This document shows, one piece after another, positions 24,173-37,733 of a DNA stretch of 64,000 nt. The DNA is from Spizellomyces punctatus DAOM BR117. Taxonomy: Eukaryota. Numbering within the stretch: the stretch's first letter is position 1; every line of letters begins with the position of its first letter. The notes under the pieces are model-generated. The model worked only from the letters and a program-made list of their open reading frames with translations, ran no database searches and had not been told where the DNA came from. Both the position numbers and the translations under genes were made by a program. The stretch is taken from the NCBI GenBank assembly GCA_000182565.2, contig KQ257464.1. One strand, 5' to 3'.

Positions 24173-25449
24173 TCAAAACCAAAAGCTAACACTCAAGCTC
24201 GTACTCAACGCCCTCACATAATGCCACCAGCCCTTCTATACCCCATAAACAGTATGAACATTAACAACCAAAACAAGAAAAGAGACCATTCATTTTCCTT
24301 AGTACCTACCGGAATAAACAACATCTCCCCCGGCCGAACCACACACTCCAACCTCCCTTCAAGCCCTGGAAACTTGCTCGAATCCACATGCTCAACATCC
24401 ACTTGGCTCGTATTCCGCAACAAATCCGTGTCATGTGGGTACACATTCGCATCGGGTGGGTAGAGGACAATGAACTTCGTCCCAACGATTTGGGCGAAAA
24501 GGTTTTGATAAGGATCATGATGGAGTGGTGAGATGGTTCCTTTTGGACCAAACCAAGCATGTAAGAGGACATCACGACCATCATCACTATCATTATCATC
24601 CACAAAGCAATAATCCGGGACAAGAATATCCCTTCTCAACTGCGGGACATGGGCAAATAAATCATATTGAGCCAAATACCCACCACGCCCTTTGACAACC
24701 TCTTCCAACCATTCCCCAACCTTAACAAACCCCTGCGTCCATTCCCGTTCCGTATAATCTTTTCCAATCTCAATAGGCACTGTTCGGTTTCCTGCTTGTT
24801 GTGCAATGTAGGATGGGTTTTGCCATAAGTGTAGTGCAGGCCATTCTACCGCTCCTTGAATCAGTATCGGCTTATTTTGGTTTAAGTAGGTTTGGAATGT
24901 GAGGACCGAGGGGGCTTTTATGATGGGTGCCGGGTGCGTTATCGTCGGTTCTGGGTCACTCAATTTAGGGAATTGTGTACCGAGGTATGTGTAATCCCTA
25001 TCCCCCATAAGATCCTCTAGACTCGTTATCAATGCATGTAATATAGGATGAGATCCAACCATCACGAGCCCGATATCTACTGTCTGGAACGCAGCGGGTA
25101 GGTCATTGCAGAGTAATTGTGCACAGGCTTTTAGGATTGTTGCGTGGGTGTACTGTGTGCGATCTTGGGGTGGGATGAGATTGTAGGGGAGGGTGTGTAG
25201 GGTTTCGTGGGTGTGCTCGTGGAGGGCGGTTGCGTGTGATAGGGATTGAGGAGATTGGGTTTGGAGGTGGTGGAGTGTGCTGGTGTAAAGGTGATTTTGG
25301 GGAGTTGCATCTGTGATGCGGGGATTTTTGAAATGTTTTGGTGGTGGTGATGGAGTGAAATAGGGAACGTTACCAGTAAATGCACCTTCTTTAGAAATCT
25401 CAGACAAGCATGTCGTGATGATATCTCGTATGCGTTGCTCGGAATCCAT
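24173..25449 (-). CDS. JmjC protein, JMJD5/KDM8-like
   Basis: RTVPIEIG, GYLAQYDLF, AWFGPKGTISPLHHDPYQN, GEMLFIP|KGWWHYVRALSTSLSVSFWF*. Confidence 0.88.
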
Positions 25450-25615
25450 GTTCGCGTGTGCGAAATGTGCGAATGCCCCAAGACAGTCGATCTGTCCATG
25501 TAATCGTATATCATAGCCAAGCCACGCGTGTACCTCCCTGGTTACTGCGCCTCACTGGACTCTCCCCAAGGCCACTAATGCAGAAATGGGGATGGAATGG
25601 TATACAAATATAGAT

Positions 25616-28600
25616 TCACTCCCGTAACATACAATCCAAAACACGCTGACAAGACTTGACCAACGCCTTTAAGAACGGTTCAAGAACGTAATGTATATAT
25701 GCTTGACGGGTGGTTGCTTCAGCAGACGGTGCGAGTTCCGGGCGAGACATGACACGAAGCTACGAATAAAATAAGTATAATGTACAGAAAAAGAAAAATT
25801 CAGAATAATGGGAAACGTACGAGTAAATCGACAGTCGTTGATTCGTTTCTTGATTTAAAGTACGCTAAACCAACCACACACAAAAAAAAAATCAATACCT
25901 TTGTTACACGCAAACGTACTTGTAATACGCACCTATAGCAAACTCCAATACCACCACATCCCAAAACACAGACACAACACCCTCTACAGGGCCTTTATCC
26001 TCCACAATCCACTGTTGTGGACGCACTGATAAGGCTTTAGTTAATAACCCCAGCGTGCGCTGAATAGCAAGGGTGGGGTATAATTGGCAGAAAACGGTTG
26101 CAACAAGGTATTCTTAAAAAAATTGCGAATAGGTATTATTGTGTGGTTTTGTTAAAGGAAGTGGGGAGTTTTACCGTTGGATTGTTCGGCGCATTGAACA
26201 AGTCTTGGGAGGTGGTACCATTGGATTTGTGGGATATTCGTAAACCCTCGAGAAGAACATTCAAGTCCCATCACATACAAACTGCCAAAAACAAAAAACA
26301 AACAAAAACATCAACACCAAACCGATAAAAAAAAAACACCTAAAGAAAAGTTCATACCAAAACGCCTCCCGCACCGCTCCACAAGCAAAATACACATCCC
26401 CAAGTGCACCCACCACACGCTCATCAAAAGGATCCATATGTCGTATCGTCATATACACGCCTTTCAGGAATTCAAGAATGTTGGGTACCAGTTCCGGTCG
26501 AAGAAGGTGGGATGAACTGGGTGTAGGTGTCTTGAGGCGTGGGAGAATGTCTACAAAACTATTCAAGATGTTTTGCGTTATAATGTATTTACAATGTTTC
26601 ATTACATTAATGAAAATAATAACGTACCGAGGATCATGGGTAGCTTCGGAATCTGTTATATAAGCAAATGCCCCAAAATGCCCAACATGGATCTACACCA
26701 AAAAAAAAAAGGTATTTCAATACACCTTGATCCAAAATACCATCACAGTAATGACACATACCTTGGCATTCCCCAACAATCCATTCACAACACCAGCAAC
26801 AAGTCCACCAACACCCCATAAAAGCCGGATATCCCCACTCTTTTTTAACACATCCACGAAATGAATGCGCGCCTATATACAAAAACCACGGTATGAATAT
26901 CTTGTGGATGCATTTTGGATAGACAGGAACTTGCCGTAGAGATATTCTGGTCACCAACAGCAGCTGCTAGGACGTATCCTGTTTCTTTGAGCTGTTCAAT
27001 GAGATGTGGGACTTTAGTGATGCGGTCAAGGAGCGGAATGTCGTCGTAGACTAAGTCGTTGATGAGGTAACAGTCAGCCCCAAAAGTGGAATACATGAAA
27101 AAAAAAAAATACAAGAAGTGTACCGGTACTGTCTTGTCCAAGCGCCATGGCATCCATGATTTGGAAACATTGAGAAACCATTTGAGATAAACAACACAAC
27201 ATTCCACCTTGCTCAACATCTACAAATAAAATATTTTCAATTTTTGCCTTTTTGTAAAAGAATATCAAAAGCGGGGCATTTGTTTTGGGGGTTTTTCTTT
27301 TTTTTTCTGACGTACCGGTAATGGCCCCTTGTTGCAACATGTTCAATAACCGTGCAGCAAAATCTTGTAATAGGACACTGGTATGCTCATATCGTCCTCG
27401 TAATAACAAGGCAAAGATTCGTTTCTACCGTAAAAAGTTACTATGGACGCATACATACCAAAAACCAAACCACTAAAAAAAGAGGAAAATACAAACCATA
27501 AAGTCTGTCCGTGGTAAGACCTTTAACCATGTAAGTACCGCACATTCCAAATAACTCAAATGACATTTTGTAATGCTTACCTGACTCGACCTCAATTGCA
27601 TATAAACCTGCTCCAAAACCGCCGCAACAACAACAGGAGTCTTCTCACCCCGCTCCAGTTGCAACAACTGTCCCATCTCTGCTACAGATGTCAATTGAAT
27701 GGTATCAAGAGAAAAAGTTGAAGCGAGTTCGAGGATGTGACCCAAGAGTTTTTCGGCAAGGTGGATGTCGTTCTATACAATAAAGTTCAAGTTTTATTGT
27801 TGGAATGTAAGTTGTTTATATGTACCTTTTCGTATACGGTTTTGAGATGGGTTAGTAAGAGTGTTACTTGTCGTTGCTGTAAACGCAGTATATTTAAAGG
27901 AGTGTATGGATGTGTATGGATGATTTGTTTACAAGGGGTACGTACGGGTGCTATATCCATTCGTACGGATCGCAAGAGGTCTACATCGTCTTCCGTTATT
28001 TGGGTTAGGAGCGCAAAGTAAACCTGTTGGAATAAGTGTTGGCGATAATCTTATATATTAACAAAACAAGTTGTTGCTTACGCGTAGATTTGGATCATTA
28101 TGAAATAGCTGAAAGGGTCTCGTCTAAACAATAAAAAAGCCGTGAGATTTCGTTACATGTAATGTATACGGCGGGTATGCAGGCACAATGTTCTTACCTT
28201 TTGTATTGCACTTGATATCTTTTCTTCATTTGTATCTTCCATGGACGTTACTATAGACATGTCAACACCGTGTAATCTACAACCAAAGATATTCATAAAC
28301 ATACCCAATGCATCTTGAGGTAAACTAATCTTGCGCTCAATAACAGAAGTACACCCCCTAATCAAATCTTCGAGTCGTTTCCGATCAACCGTACTGTACA
28401 CATTCTCATGAGTACAAAAGATCAAAACCACCCAAACTGAACGACCAAATTATAAACAAACCAGAATAATGAATCATTAGATGATCCAAAAGCATCCAAA
28501 GCCCGTCCCAAAAACCGCCTAGCCTCCCCAAACTCATCAATACAAAAACAATATTCCCCCAATTCAGACGATAATTGACAAATCACAGTCGTATCTCGAG

Positions 28601-29427
28601 ATTCATCCAAAAAAGTTTTGAGTAGGTTTGTGTGTGGGATGATTCGGTCATTTGGTTCTGTGTTGGTTTGGGTGATGGTTCGGATTAGGTATCGACTGAT
28701 GAGGATGAATGGGTTGTGCGTGGTATCCGTTACGGCCCTTTCATTCCTAAATGAAAGCGCACGTTTATAAAACAACTCTGATTGAGAATGATCAAACACT
28801 ATAAAACGTACGTTATGAGGGCAAGGAGAATGTAAGGGATCGCTTGAGACGGAACGGTATTTTCTAATTCTTGAAGCGTCAACCCAGCGTCAAGATAAAT
28901 CTGAATAAAAATATATTTACGAAAACAATAAAGTGCATTAAAAAAAGAATAATGGCTTCTCATAATAGAATGTCGAGTATTTATTCCCCCACTACTGCTA
29001 GACGTCCAAAAGGAGCCAGATACCCATCTTCAAACCACCTCTTTTTGTTTCTTTTCTTGTTTTACCTGAGCAGCAATATGCACGATAACATCTTGTCTAT
29101 CGGTTAATTCCACGACAGTTGGTTTCTCCCCAAACGCCAAAACACTAAACACATCATCATTCGGAAATCCAAGGTTTTGAAAGAGCGATGCAAGAAAACT
29201 GATAACCGATGGTCGGTCTGTTTCATCGTTATCCCCTCTCTCGTTTTGCAAAAATCTTGTGCAAATGTCCAAACCTTTGTTTTGAAGAGCCGTATGAAGC
29301 TAGATCACACAAAAGGCGTTAGCGGTCATGCCATGTATTGCACATGTAGATTACAGTAAAATAAAGGACATGCCTTTGCAGAAATACTCTCTAAACGTAA
29401 TGTCGATAATGTCAAAAGGTTTTCCAT
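25616..29427 (-). CDS. Integrator subunit 8 (INTS8)-like, many exons
   Basis: Manually spliced C-terminus GDVYFACG..Y..G..SSRGF...RLVQC...TVFCQ...FWDVVVLEF...SRPEL...FLKAL follows the motif order I recall for INTS8 (ADIYFA...ILCQF...IWDVTILEY...TELN...FLQAM). Confidence 0.6.
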
Positions 29428-29579
29428 GTGTTCAATTCACTGTTAACCTTTGACCAGTCAACATCCCAACGACCCCCGTTCACTCCTCACCGATACATCA
29501 CGTGTACCGTGTTGTCATCAAAGCTAGTTTTGCATGTCAAAAACAGATTTCAACCATTCTTCTTGTCGTCCATCACACC

Positions 29580-31139
29580 ATGACCGAGGATCTATTTGTC
29601 GATATTTTAGAAGGAATATGTAAATCCGCCATACTATGTGGATCATTATACGAATTCAAGGAACGATGCCGTGTATCCGAATTGACTCGCTCGGAAGCAA
29701 CGAAACTCAAGCACTTGAATCCTCAGGTACACCGTCCATTTCACACCAACGATATTTACAAATGCACTTATACCAAAATACCAGGTCCTGAAAGAACTAG
29801 GTAAAACAAACACAAAAATAAAAAACAACAATTGAATATAATCTGATTCGTGGCGATGACTAGATCAGCAAGTCAATTCACTACGAGATGATATTACCCG
29901 TCTACAAATCCAGTACCAACAACAAGTCCAAAAAGTTGGCATGCAGTTTTCGCAAGCTGTTCATACGATGGTATCCAAAGCGTCGATGCAACCTAGTAAA
30001 GATAAAATGGATCGGGAAGTACAGAGTCTTCGAGATACGATTAAAGGCATGCGAGAGAAAATAAAAGTATGAGATGGATGTTTTAGCATTCTTTTCACAC
30101 AACCATTCTAATAAAACTCCTTACTTGACAGACAAACCAGCTTGACTTGACCCGCCTCGAAAAACGCATGGACGACCTAGTCCACGAAACCCAATCCCGA
30201 ACCACAATGCTAAATTCCCTCACAGACCAACTCGTCCACCACCGCGAAAAAGACACACAAAACATTAAAGAATGGATGAGCAAAAAACTAGACGACATTA
30301 CAAGTACTTCCATTACACCCCTCCAAAAACGTTTAAACCACCTCGCGCGCTCGATGGACCATCTCGACCAAGACTCCAAATCCGATCCAAAACCAGATTC
30401 TTCAACATTATTAAAAGGAGCTCAACCTCTCCCGATAGGTCTCCCCGGCCTCCCACTCATCGAAACCGAACGCCGTATCGCGAGATTACAAGCCAAAGCC
30501 CAAGAAACAAGTAAAAAAATCTCGGCATTGGATAAACCCTCTGATGAATTTAAATCGGAAATGGGACAATTGAAAAAGGATGTTTCGATGCTTTCTGATC
30601 ATGTTGTGGAGTTGCAGGGGGTTGCGGAGGGTGTCAAGGATTTGCCACCCAAACTCGAGGTACCCATCATAAACTTAAATTTTTTGGTTTTTGGGTCATG
30701 TTTATTAATGGATTTTTGGGGTGTATAGACATCTTTTCGTATCATTGCAACAAAACTCGAATCCATCACAACCGAAATGTCAACACTCCGATCCTACGTC
30801 ACCAGCACAATCCCAAAAACCGTTCCAACAATACCATCACCCACGTCACAAAATGATTTATCAAGTTATTTGGAAGTGGCTGTTCGGAATGCTTTGAATG
30901 ATTTGATGGTATCTTGGGAAACCAACATGTAAGAACCCCGTATTTTTGATTGTTTAGATTTTGTTGTTGTGTTTTTGTTAAGGTTTTGAATGGTGTGTAG
31001 GAAACAAGGGTTGAATGAAATTGGAGAAATTTATGAACGGAAATGTGTGGGGATGTTGGAGGGGTTACGTAGGGATGTGCAAGAACTACGGGAAATGGTT
31101 TTGGAGAGGCATGTGGATGGGGTGTCGAGATTCGTTTAA
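29580..31139 (+). CDS. Hypothetical coiled-coil protein, multi-exon
   Basis: Heptad-rich ORF 30147-30728 plus flanking exons with GT-AG boundaries. Confidence 0.45.
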
Positions 31140-31408
31140 ACTTGAGTATATATACATGGCGTTGATTGCAATAAACTCGTCGAGTTTTGCAAGTGCTTTA
31201 TTGGGGGATATGTTTCTATCATGCAACCCCATACAAAAAACAATAATCAAAAAAGAAATAACGCACTACTCCATTATCGTAGAAAAACGACACACATACA
31301 ACCACATACCGTCCCCCTGCCCCCAAAATTACAAGACCTATATAATATACAATACACTACCACGCCCATACAACTATAAAAGAGAAAAAGAACAAAAAAA
31401 AAACAAAT

Positions 31409-34400
31409 CTACATGACAAGACACCGCGTCCCCTTCTTGATCTTTTTCACACCCGGTTCGGCCACCTTGCGTTGTTTGCCCATCTCTGGTACACCCAACT
31501 CTTCCAATTTCTTTTTGGCTTTAGCGTCACCACCCGCCGCTGCTTTTCGGTACCATTCCAAAGCCTTTTCAAGGTGCTTATCACGTCCAATACCCATTTC
31601 GCAAAAGTAGCCCATGGCAAACATGGCTTTCGGGAGGCCGCCTTCGGCGGCGAGACTGACCCAGCGGTGAGCTTCCGTGTCGGATTGGATGAGGTGAAAG
31701 TCGGTTTTGGGATCGTCGGCGCCTGTGAGGTACCAGCCGCCCAATTCAAACATGGCCTAAAAAACGCGTGAGAGAGAGAAGGTGCGTGAGCCAGAGCAGG
31801 TTTGTGGGAAAATAGAAATTACAAGCTTACCTCCAAACTGCCATTCGCTGCAGCCAAAGAGTAATAATACACACTCCGCCCCGCATCTACAACAACACCA
31901 AAATGCCCATACTCGTACGCTTCTCCCAATTTAAATTGACTTGCACCGTGTCCCAAGGCTGCTCCCTGCGTCAGCAATTCAACAAGGTACTCGTGATCCG
32001 GCCAGACAACGTTATGGACGCCTCGGTCGTGCAAGAGGGCCAGTTCGTATAAGGCTTGAGGGTATTTTTCGTTGGCGTATTTTGCCGCAAGCTTGAGCCA
32101 TTTGACACCGTCGCGGGGATTTTTGCTTTGGCCGAGTTCGCCCTTGAGGAGGGACATGCCGAGTCGAAACATGGCACCTGGGTGGTTGCTACAAAAAATA
32201 AATAGCGTCAACAGAGGTTCACTTGGAAAAAAAAAAAAAGCCACAACGCTTACCTCACTGCCGCCTTGCGGTAATTGTGCAGCGCCCGGTTATTACTCTG
32301 CGCAACACCCGCTCCTTGCTCATAGCACAATCCAACATGAAACAGTGCCTCGGGGTGATCTTTTTTGGCCGCCGACGAGTACAAGTTGAACGCCTTTGAA
32401 TAGTCGGGCTTGTGCTTTTCCTGAAAGCCCGGTATACCGCTAATATACAGATTGGCCAACAAATATTGCGCCTCTACAGTTCCGGCAATAGACAACTTTT
32501 TGAGTTGCTTAATAGCCAACTCGCAGTACGGCTTTTGCTCCATCTTGTCGATAAACTGGACATTGTCGACAATAAACCGGGCCGCTTCAAAGGATTGGAG
32601 TCTGTCCTTTGCCTTTTTGGCGCGCTGTTTCATGACTTCCATGCGTTCTGTCAGCGAGGCATTGGCCATGGCATTGGAGGATATCGATCCAAGATCCGAT
32701 TCCAAATCCGAGCTTCCGCCGTCCATGGTAATAGACTCGCCAAAGGACGTGCCAGACTCGGATCCCTCGTCCACCGAGTGGAGGGAGGGGACAAGAGACT
32801 CGCGATGCTGTGATCTGAGCAAGACTTTGGGAGGAACAAATTCCGAGCTCGAGCTAACAGTCGACTCTGCGTAATCGTCCCCGAGCATTTGCCGGCCGTC
32901 TAAAATCGAGTCAGTCTGATCCGATTCCGGAGAGGCCTTTTCTGCATCTTCTGCCGAGGGTGCCACAGCGGGAATGACAATGGATGCTGGGAGGTGAGAG
33001 TGACGCTTTGGTTTCTCATCTTGTGAGTCGTCTGCAAGAGGTAGAGGCTCAGCCACGACGGGCTGCATGACCACCGACATGCGCTGGACACCTGCCGGCG
33101 TCAAACCCAGTGGCTTTTCTTCATCTTCGTCGATGGGTTTTGCATTTGTAGCCGTGACGACACGAAATGACATTCTGTGCGCCTTGTCGGTTGTTCGACC
33201 GGCCATTCGCTCCTTGTGAGGTCCATGTTCAATATGCTTTTCGTCGATACTGACTCGAGGCGGAAAGAGAACGCTGCTCAGATTCTGCTGACCATTTACA
33301 GACGTTCGCTCACCAGATTTCTGCAAGCACACATGGATCAGTATCTAATCATACTTTTTGCTGTGCACAAAATTTCCAACATTACCTCGGCAGAGACGGT
33401 CCTTGGGGGGAAATTTGAGGGCGATGAGGGAGGTGACTTTTGGGGCGACCGCGGAGGGCTCGTCTGAGGCTTGGCACTCGGCCCAAAGTGTGGACCATAG
33501 AAATGGACATTTCCCCCATTGGCCGAGCTGAGTAAAGCGGCGGGGACTTGGGAGCTTGGACTTGGCCCTTTTTTGCCATCGGATGGCGGAAACGAGAGAC
33601 CTCTCTGCGGTTGCACGTCGTTTCCAAACGGTCGTTTTCGATCGCGCGATGTTCGTGGGGTTGGCTAGAAAGTAGGAAAAGGACGGAGACAATGTGAGCG
33701 TTTTCATAAAAGAAAATAAAAAGGTGGCCTGGCCAAGGCTACCAAGCACGAGTGCTCTTGCATCTGCTTTTGCCTACATTCCCATTGCATGTCGCAATGA
33801 CGTAGCCTAAGTGTTACTGTCCCCGTCACTCACAGCATTGTGCGCAAAAGCATACTTTCCAACCTTTACAACAATATTCTACATAAAACGACAACTTGCC
33901 TGATTGTTTCCCACGACATTGATGCCTGGGGGAAGAGGAGTGTCTCTGAGCCATCTTTCCACGGCAGCGGCCTTTGTCGCTCTTGTCGCACTCGGTGCTG
34001 CCGTTGTGACATTCACACTCGCACTCGTCGCACTCGTTGTCGTTGTGGTTGTGGTGCCTGTGCTAGGAGTCGTAGTCGTTCCAGATGGTGGTGGTGGTGC
34101 GGGACCCGTCATGGGAGTGGGAACGGGCATGGGCCTCCTTGTACTAGTTGAAGAGTCTAAAAGAGAGTGACGCTTGTGTGGGGAATATGCACGAGAGCGC
34201 CGTTGATTGTTGTTGTGATGATGAAGAGTAAAAGAACAAGAGTCAACGACAAGCGGGGGCTGTGCCAACTGTTGCTGGTGGAATGAATGCGGGCGGGAAG
34301 TGCGTGCTGTGGCAAAGTTAACAGAAGAACAAGAGGGCGTAATCCCCTGCTCCAATGTGGTCAAACGCTTTGATGATACTCTTGAAGGAGAAGAAGAAGA

Positions 34401-34433
34401 AGAAGAAGGAGAAGAAGGAGAAGAAGAAGCCAT
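31409..34433 (-). CDS. Sel1-repeat chitin synthase activator, Skt5/Chs4-like
   Basis: Several Sel1 repeats (ALFHVGLCYEQGAGV, AMFAMGYFCEMGIG...ALEWYRKAAAGG); C-terminal CaaX CLVM*. 5' exons are uncertain. Confidence 0.82.
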
Positions 34434-35129
34434 GATGAGAATTCAAATAAAAAAAAAAAAAAAGAGAAAAAGAACGCGCGCACTTGAAGAGTGAGAGTGA
34501 ATTGAAATACTTTTCCTAAAAGAATAAATGTATATAACAAGCGTGTGTGTGTTTGATGATGACTGGGGGGATTAGGGGGGAATACTACTAATTGGAATTA
34601 GAGAGTAGAGAGGATATATGCATATCATTCATTCATTCAAACAAATACATTCACACACACTCTCTCTCTCTCACTCTCGTATGCATAGGGAAATATCCCA
34701 TATAATCATTTCATTCTCATTGCACTTGCTATTCCCATCTCTCTGTCTCTCTCTCTCATATTTCCTCGTGAGAATGACGCCATTTTCTCTCTCTCTTCTT
34801 CTTATTATCACGTGTTTATTCATTTCTCTCTTTCTTATTGAAGAGGGCTCAGCTACTGGTCATGTGATATTTCATCCACTCTTTATCGCACGTTTTTCTC
34901 TCTACTGCCGCTAGAGTTTTTGCACTTTGGTTTCAACTGGCTTGGACTGCAAGCGGCATGGCTTCTGCCAGAGATTGTATACGGAATCACTCAAGGTTGA
35001 CATGCCAATGCTTGTACTCTTTGTCAGCGGAGGGAGTGCTAGAGTGCAGAACAATCACAAATGGACTCCTTGTTCACTTACTGTATAATAATCTAAAGGG
35101 GAAGTTATTTGTGACGATATCAAAATTTG

Positions 35130-35537
35130 GATAGTTCATGAGCATGGCAAACTCGTTAGGACTCTCCTCAGCAGCTGGAGCCGCTCTTAATGGTTGAGGA
35201 GCTCCGCAGATCTCCCATTTCCCTATGCAGACGCATAGAGGTCACAACTCGCGTTACTCTTGAAATATTCGATATGAGTAAATAGGTCACAAAGTCGTTT
35301 CTGTGCATACCTCCTTGTTGACCAAAGCTTGGCCAACACAGCTGCCTTCCTGCGGCTTATCTGCCTTTGATTGTTGGACAAAAGTATGTGCCTCTCCGTC
35401 CACCTCCTTTCGACAGGCCACTCTGGCTCTTTCCTCCTCCGCTTTGAGCTCCTCAAGCTCCCTTTCCGTCAATCATGCTCTTTCTCCAACTTGGCCAACT
35501 CCTTCTCCAAGTGTTCTCGCTCCTCCTACTAGTGCAT
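35130..35537 (-). pseudogene. Coiled-coil family copy 1, pseudogene
   Basis: ATG CAC TAG TAG GAG GAG aligns with ATG CTC AAG TTG GAG GAG of copy 3; premature stops. Confidence 0.55.
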
Positions 35538-35842
35538 CCAATCTCCCACAGTTACGGGCCGTTGGATTGGAAAGATTCTGGCTTTTCTCGCCCATGGTAA
35601 ACATTCCAACCTGGCGGCACAGTCACGTACCAAGTATCTGTAACAACGTTACACGTCCTTTTTGGTCAACAAAAAGTCTTCCTGTGTTTAACAACTCGTA
35701 TCAATGTATCCGCCAGACAAGTCGTTCAAATCACAAAGAATTATGCTTGCTAATCATGTTGATGGAATGGCTTGATGAATCCATGAGTGTTTAGAATGAC
35801 GTTGGAATGGCGTGATGAGTCTATAATTGTTTAGAGTTGTCC

Positions 35843-36423
35843 TCAAATGCTAGGTTCGACGTCAAGATCCAGTTTCTTGGGAGCACCATCAGCAGCAGGA
35901 GCCGCATCATCCAAATCATCCAAATCATCCAAAGACGTCAATGGTGTCCTCAAAGCCCCCATCTCCCGATGGAGATACAATGAGGTCGCAGCTTGGGCAA
36001 CTAACGGAGCTTGACCTTGACGCTGAGATTCGAGATGTTTGCGGTTCTAGATATTGGATGTAAGGTCGAACATTGCAAAACGAGCAGTATAATAGGTATC
36101 GGTTTTGTGCTTACCGCCTTCCTGAGTTCCCTAAGTTTGTCCTCCACCGCTATCTTCTTCTTACGCAACTCTGTCTTCTTGTTAATCAACTCTATCCTCT
36201 TCTTGAGCAACTTATTCCTTGTCTCGGTCAACTCGTCCATCTTGTTCCACATCGCCCAAAGCTCCGCCCCCTTTACACGCTGGCTTTTCAACTCTAGCAG
36301 CTCAATTCTGATCGGCAATATCTCCAGCTGTAGCAAGTCATCCTCTTTGTTTACCTCGGCTGCCTCCTTCTCCAAATTTTCCAGCTCTTGTTCCAAACTT
36401 TCCCGCTCCTCCATCTTGAGCAT
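35843..36423 (-). CDS. Coiled-coil family copy 2 (two exons)
   Basis: MLKMEERESLEQEL...VEDKL, GTAAGCAC intron donor, exon 2 ...LHREMGALRTP...DDAAPAADGA...*. Confidence 0.6.
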
Positions 36424-36768
36424 TACCGTTGAATTGGAGAGAAGCTGGCCTTGATATAGTTTTTCTCGCCCATGGGCAAACATTTAGGAATGGCGGCACA
36501 GTCACATACTAAATGTAATCTGTACCAAGAATAACCATCGTTTTGGTCAACAAAAAGGCAAAGGAGTGTTTATTCATAGGATGTAGCCGCAACTATAGTC
36601 TAGAAGAAAAAGATGTGTTTAGCAGTGAACTACTGCGTCCGTAGGCTTCAACGTGGCAAAATATATGTGCGGCACTGCAAAAGTACAGATGCACGGCCTT
36701 AAAGAAACAAAATGCAAAAATTAGATGCTGGTCAATAAGATACAAAGATGCTGAATGGCATGATGAAT

Positions 36769-37339
36769 CTATGGTTGTTTAGAAATGCTGGTTTCGAAAT
36801 CCTGGGAAGCACCATCAGCAGCAGGAGCCGCATCATCCAAAGACGGCATTGGCTTCCTTAAAGCTCCCATCTCTCGATGGAAACGCAAAGAGGTCAAAAC
36901 TCTGGTCACTACCCGAGCTTGAGCTCGACGACGTTTGCGGGTCTTAATAATTATTGGATATGAGTGTTTGCAAGAAGGCAGTATAATAGGTAGGTTATCA
37001 AGTCGGTTTTGTGCTTACCTCCTTGATAAGCTTGTCCTCTGCCGCCTTTTTCTTCTGTCTCAACTCTTTTTCCCTCTGATACAACTGTTCCCTCCTCTCA
37101 TACAACTCGCTCCTCCTGTCAATCAACTCGCTCGTCCTGTCAATCAACTCTATCAATCTCTCCCGTAACTCATCCTCCCTATCCTCCAACCACGAAGGTT
37201 CCTCCACTAGTAAGCGCCGTCTTTTCAGCTCCTGCCGCTCAATGTCGACCGTTCTTATCTCCTGCTGCAGCATTTCATCCTCTTTCTTTAACTTGGCTAG
37301 CTCCTTCTCCAACTTATCCCGCTCCTCCAACTTGAGCAT
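36769..37339 (-). CDS. Coiled-coil family copy 3 (promoter inverted)
   Basis: MLKLEERDKLEKEL...AEDKL, same intron, exon 2 FHREMGALRKP..DDAAPAADGA. Confidence 0.55.
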
Positions 37340-37733
37340 CCAATCTCTTACAGTTAATGGCCGTTGAATTGGAAAGACGCTTTGTTTTGCCTTTCGCCTT
37401 TTTGTTGACCAAAACGATGGAACAGATTTCATTTGGTACGTGACTGTGCCGTTAATGTTGAATGTTTGGCCATGGGCGAGAAAGGCTATATCAATGCCAT
37501 CAATCGGTGTTTATTCATAGGATGTAGCCGCAACGGTGTGGCCTGGAAGAAGGCTTCAAAGTGGCAAAATATGTCTGCGCCAATGCATATGTACAGATGC
37601 ACGGCTTTAAGAAACTAGTGCAAAAAAGTTATGCTGGTTATATCCAAAAACGCTAAACATCTGAATGATTTGTTGCATCTATTGTTGATTAGAAAGATCC
37701 TGAACACTAGTTTTGAGATCCTGATGAGCACCA

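Noticed and set aside
29030-29045. RWFED reading near the INTS8-like N-terminus as the PP2A-binding WFEF motif
   Set aside because: It lies in a predicted intron and out of frame.
32688-32700. Partial match (TCCAAGATC) to the ghost-1 guide inside the Skt5-like gene
   Set aside because: Only 9 nt and not preceded by CATA.
34383-34830. GAA and CT microsatellite tracts
   Set aside because: Ordinary low-complexity sequence (poly-Ser codons and promoter/UTR tracts).
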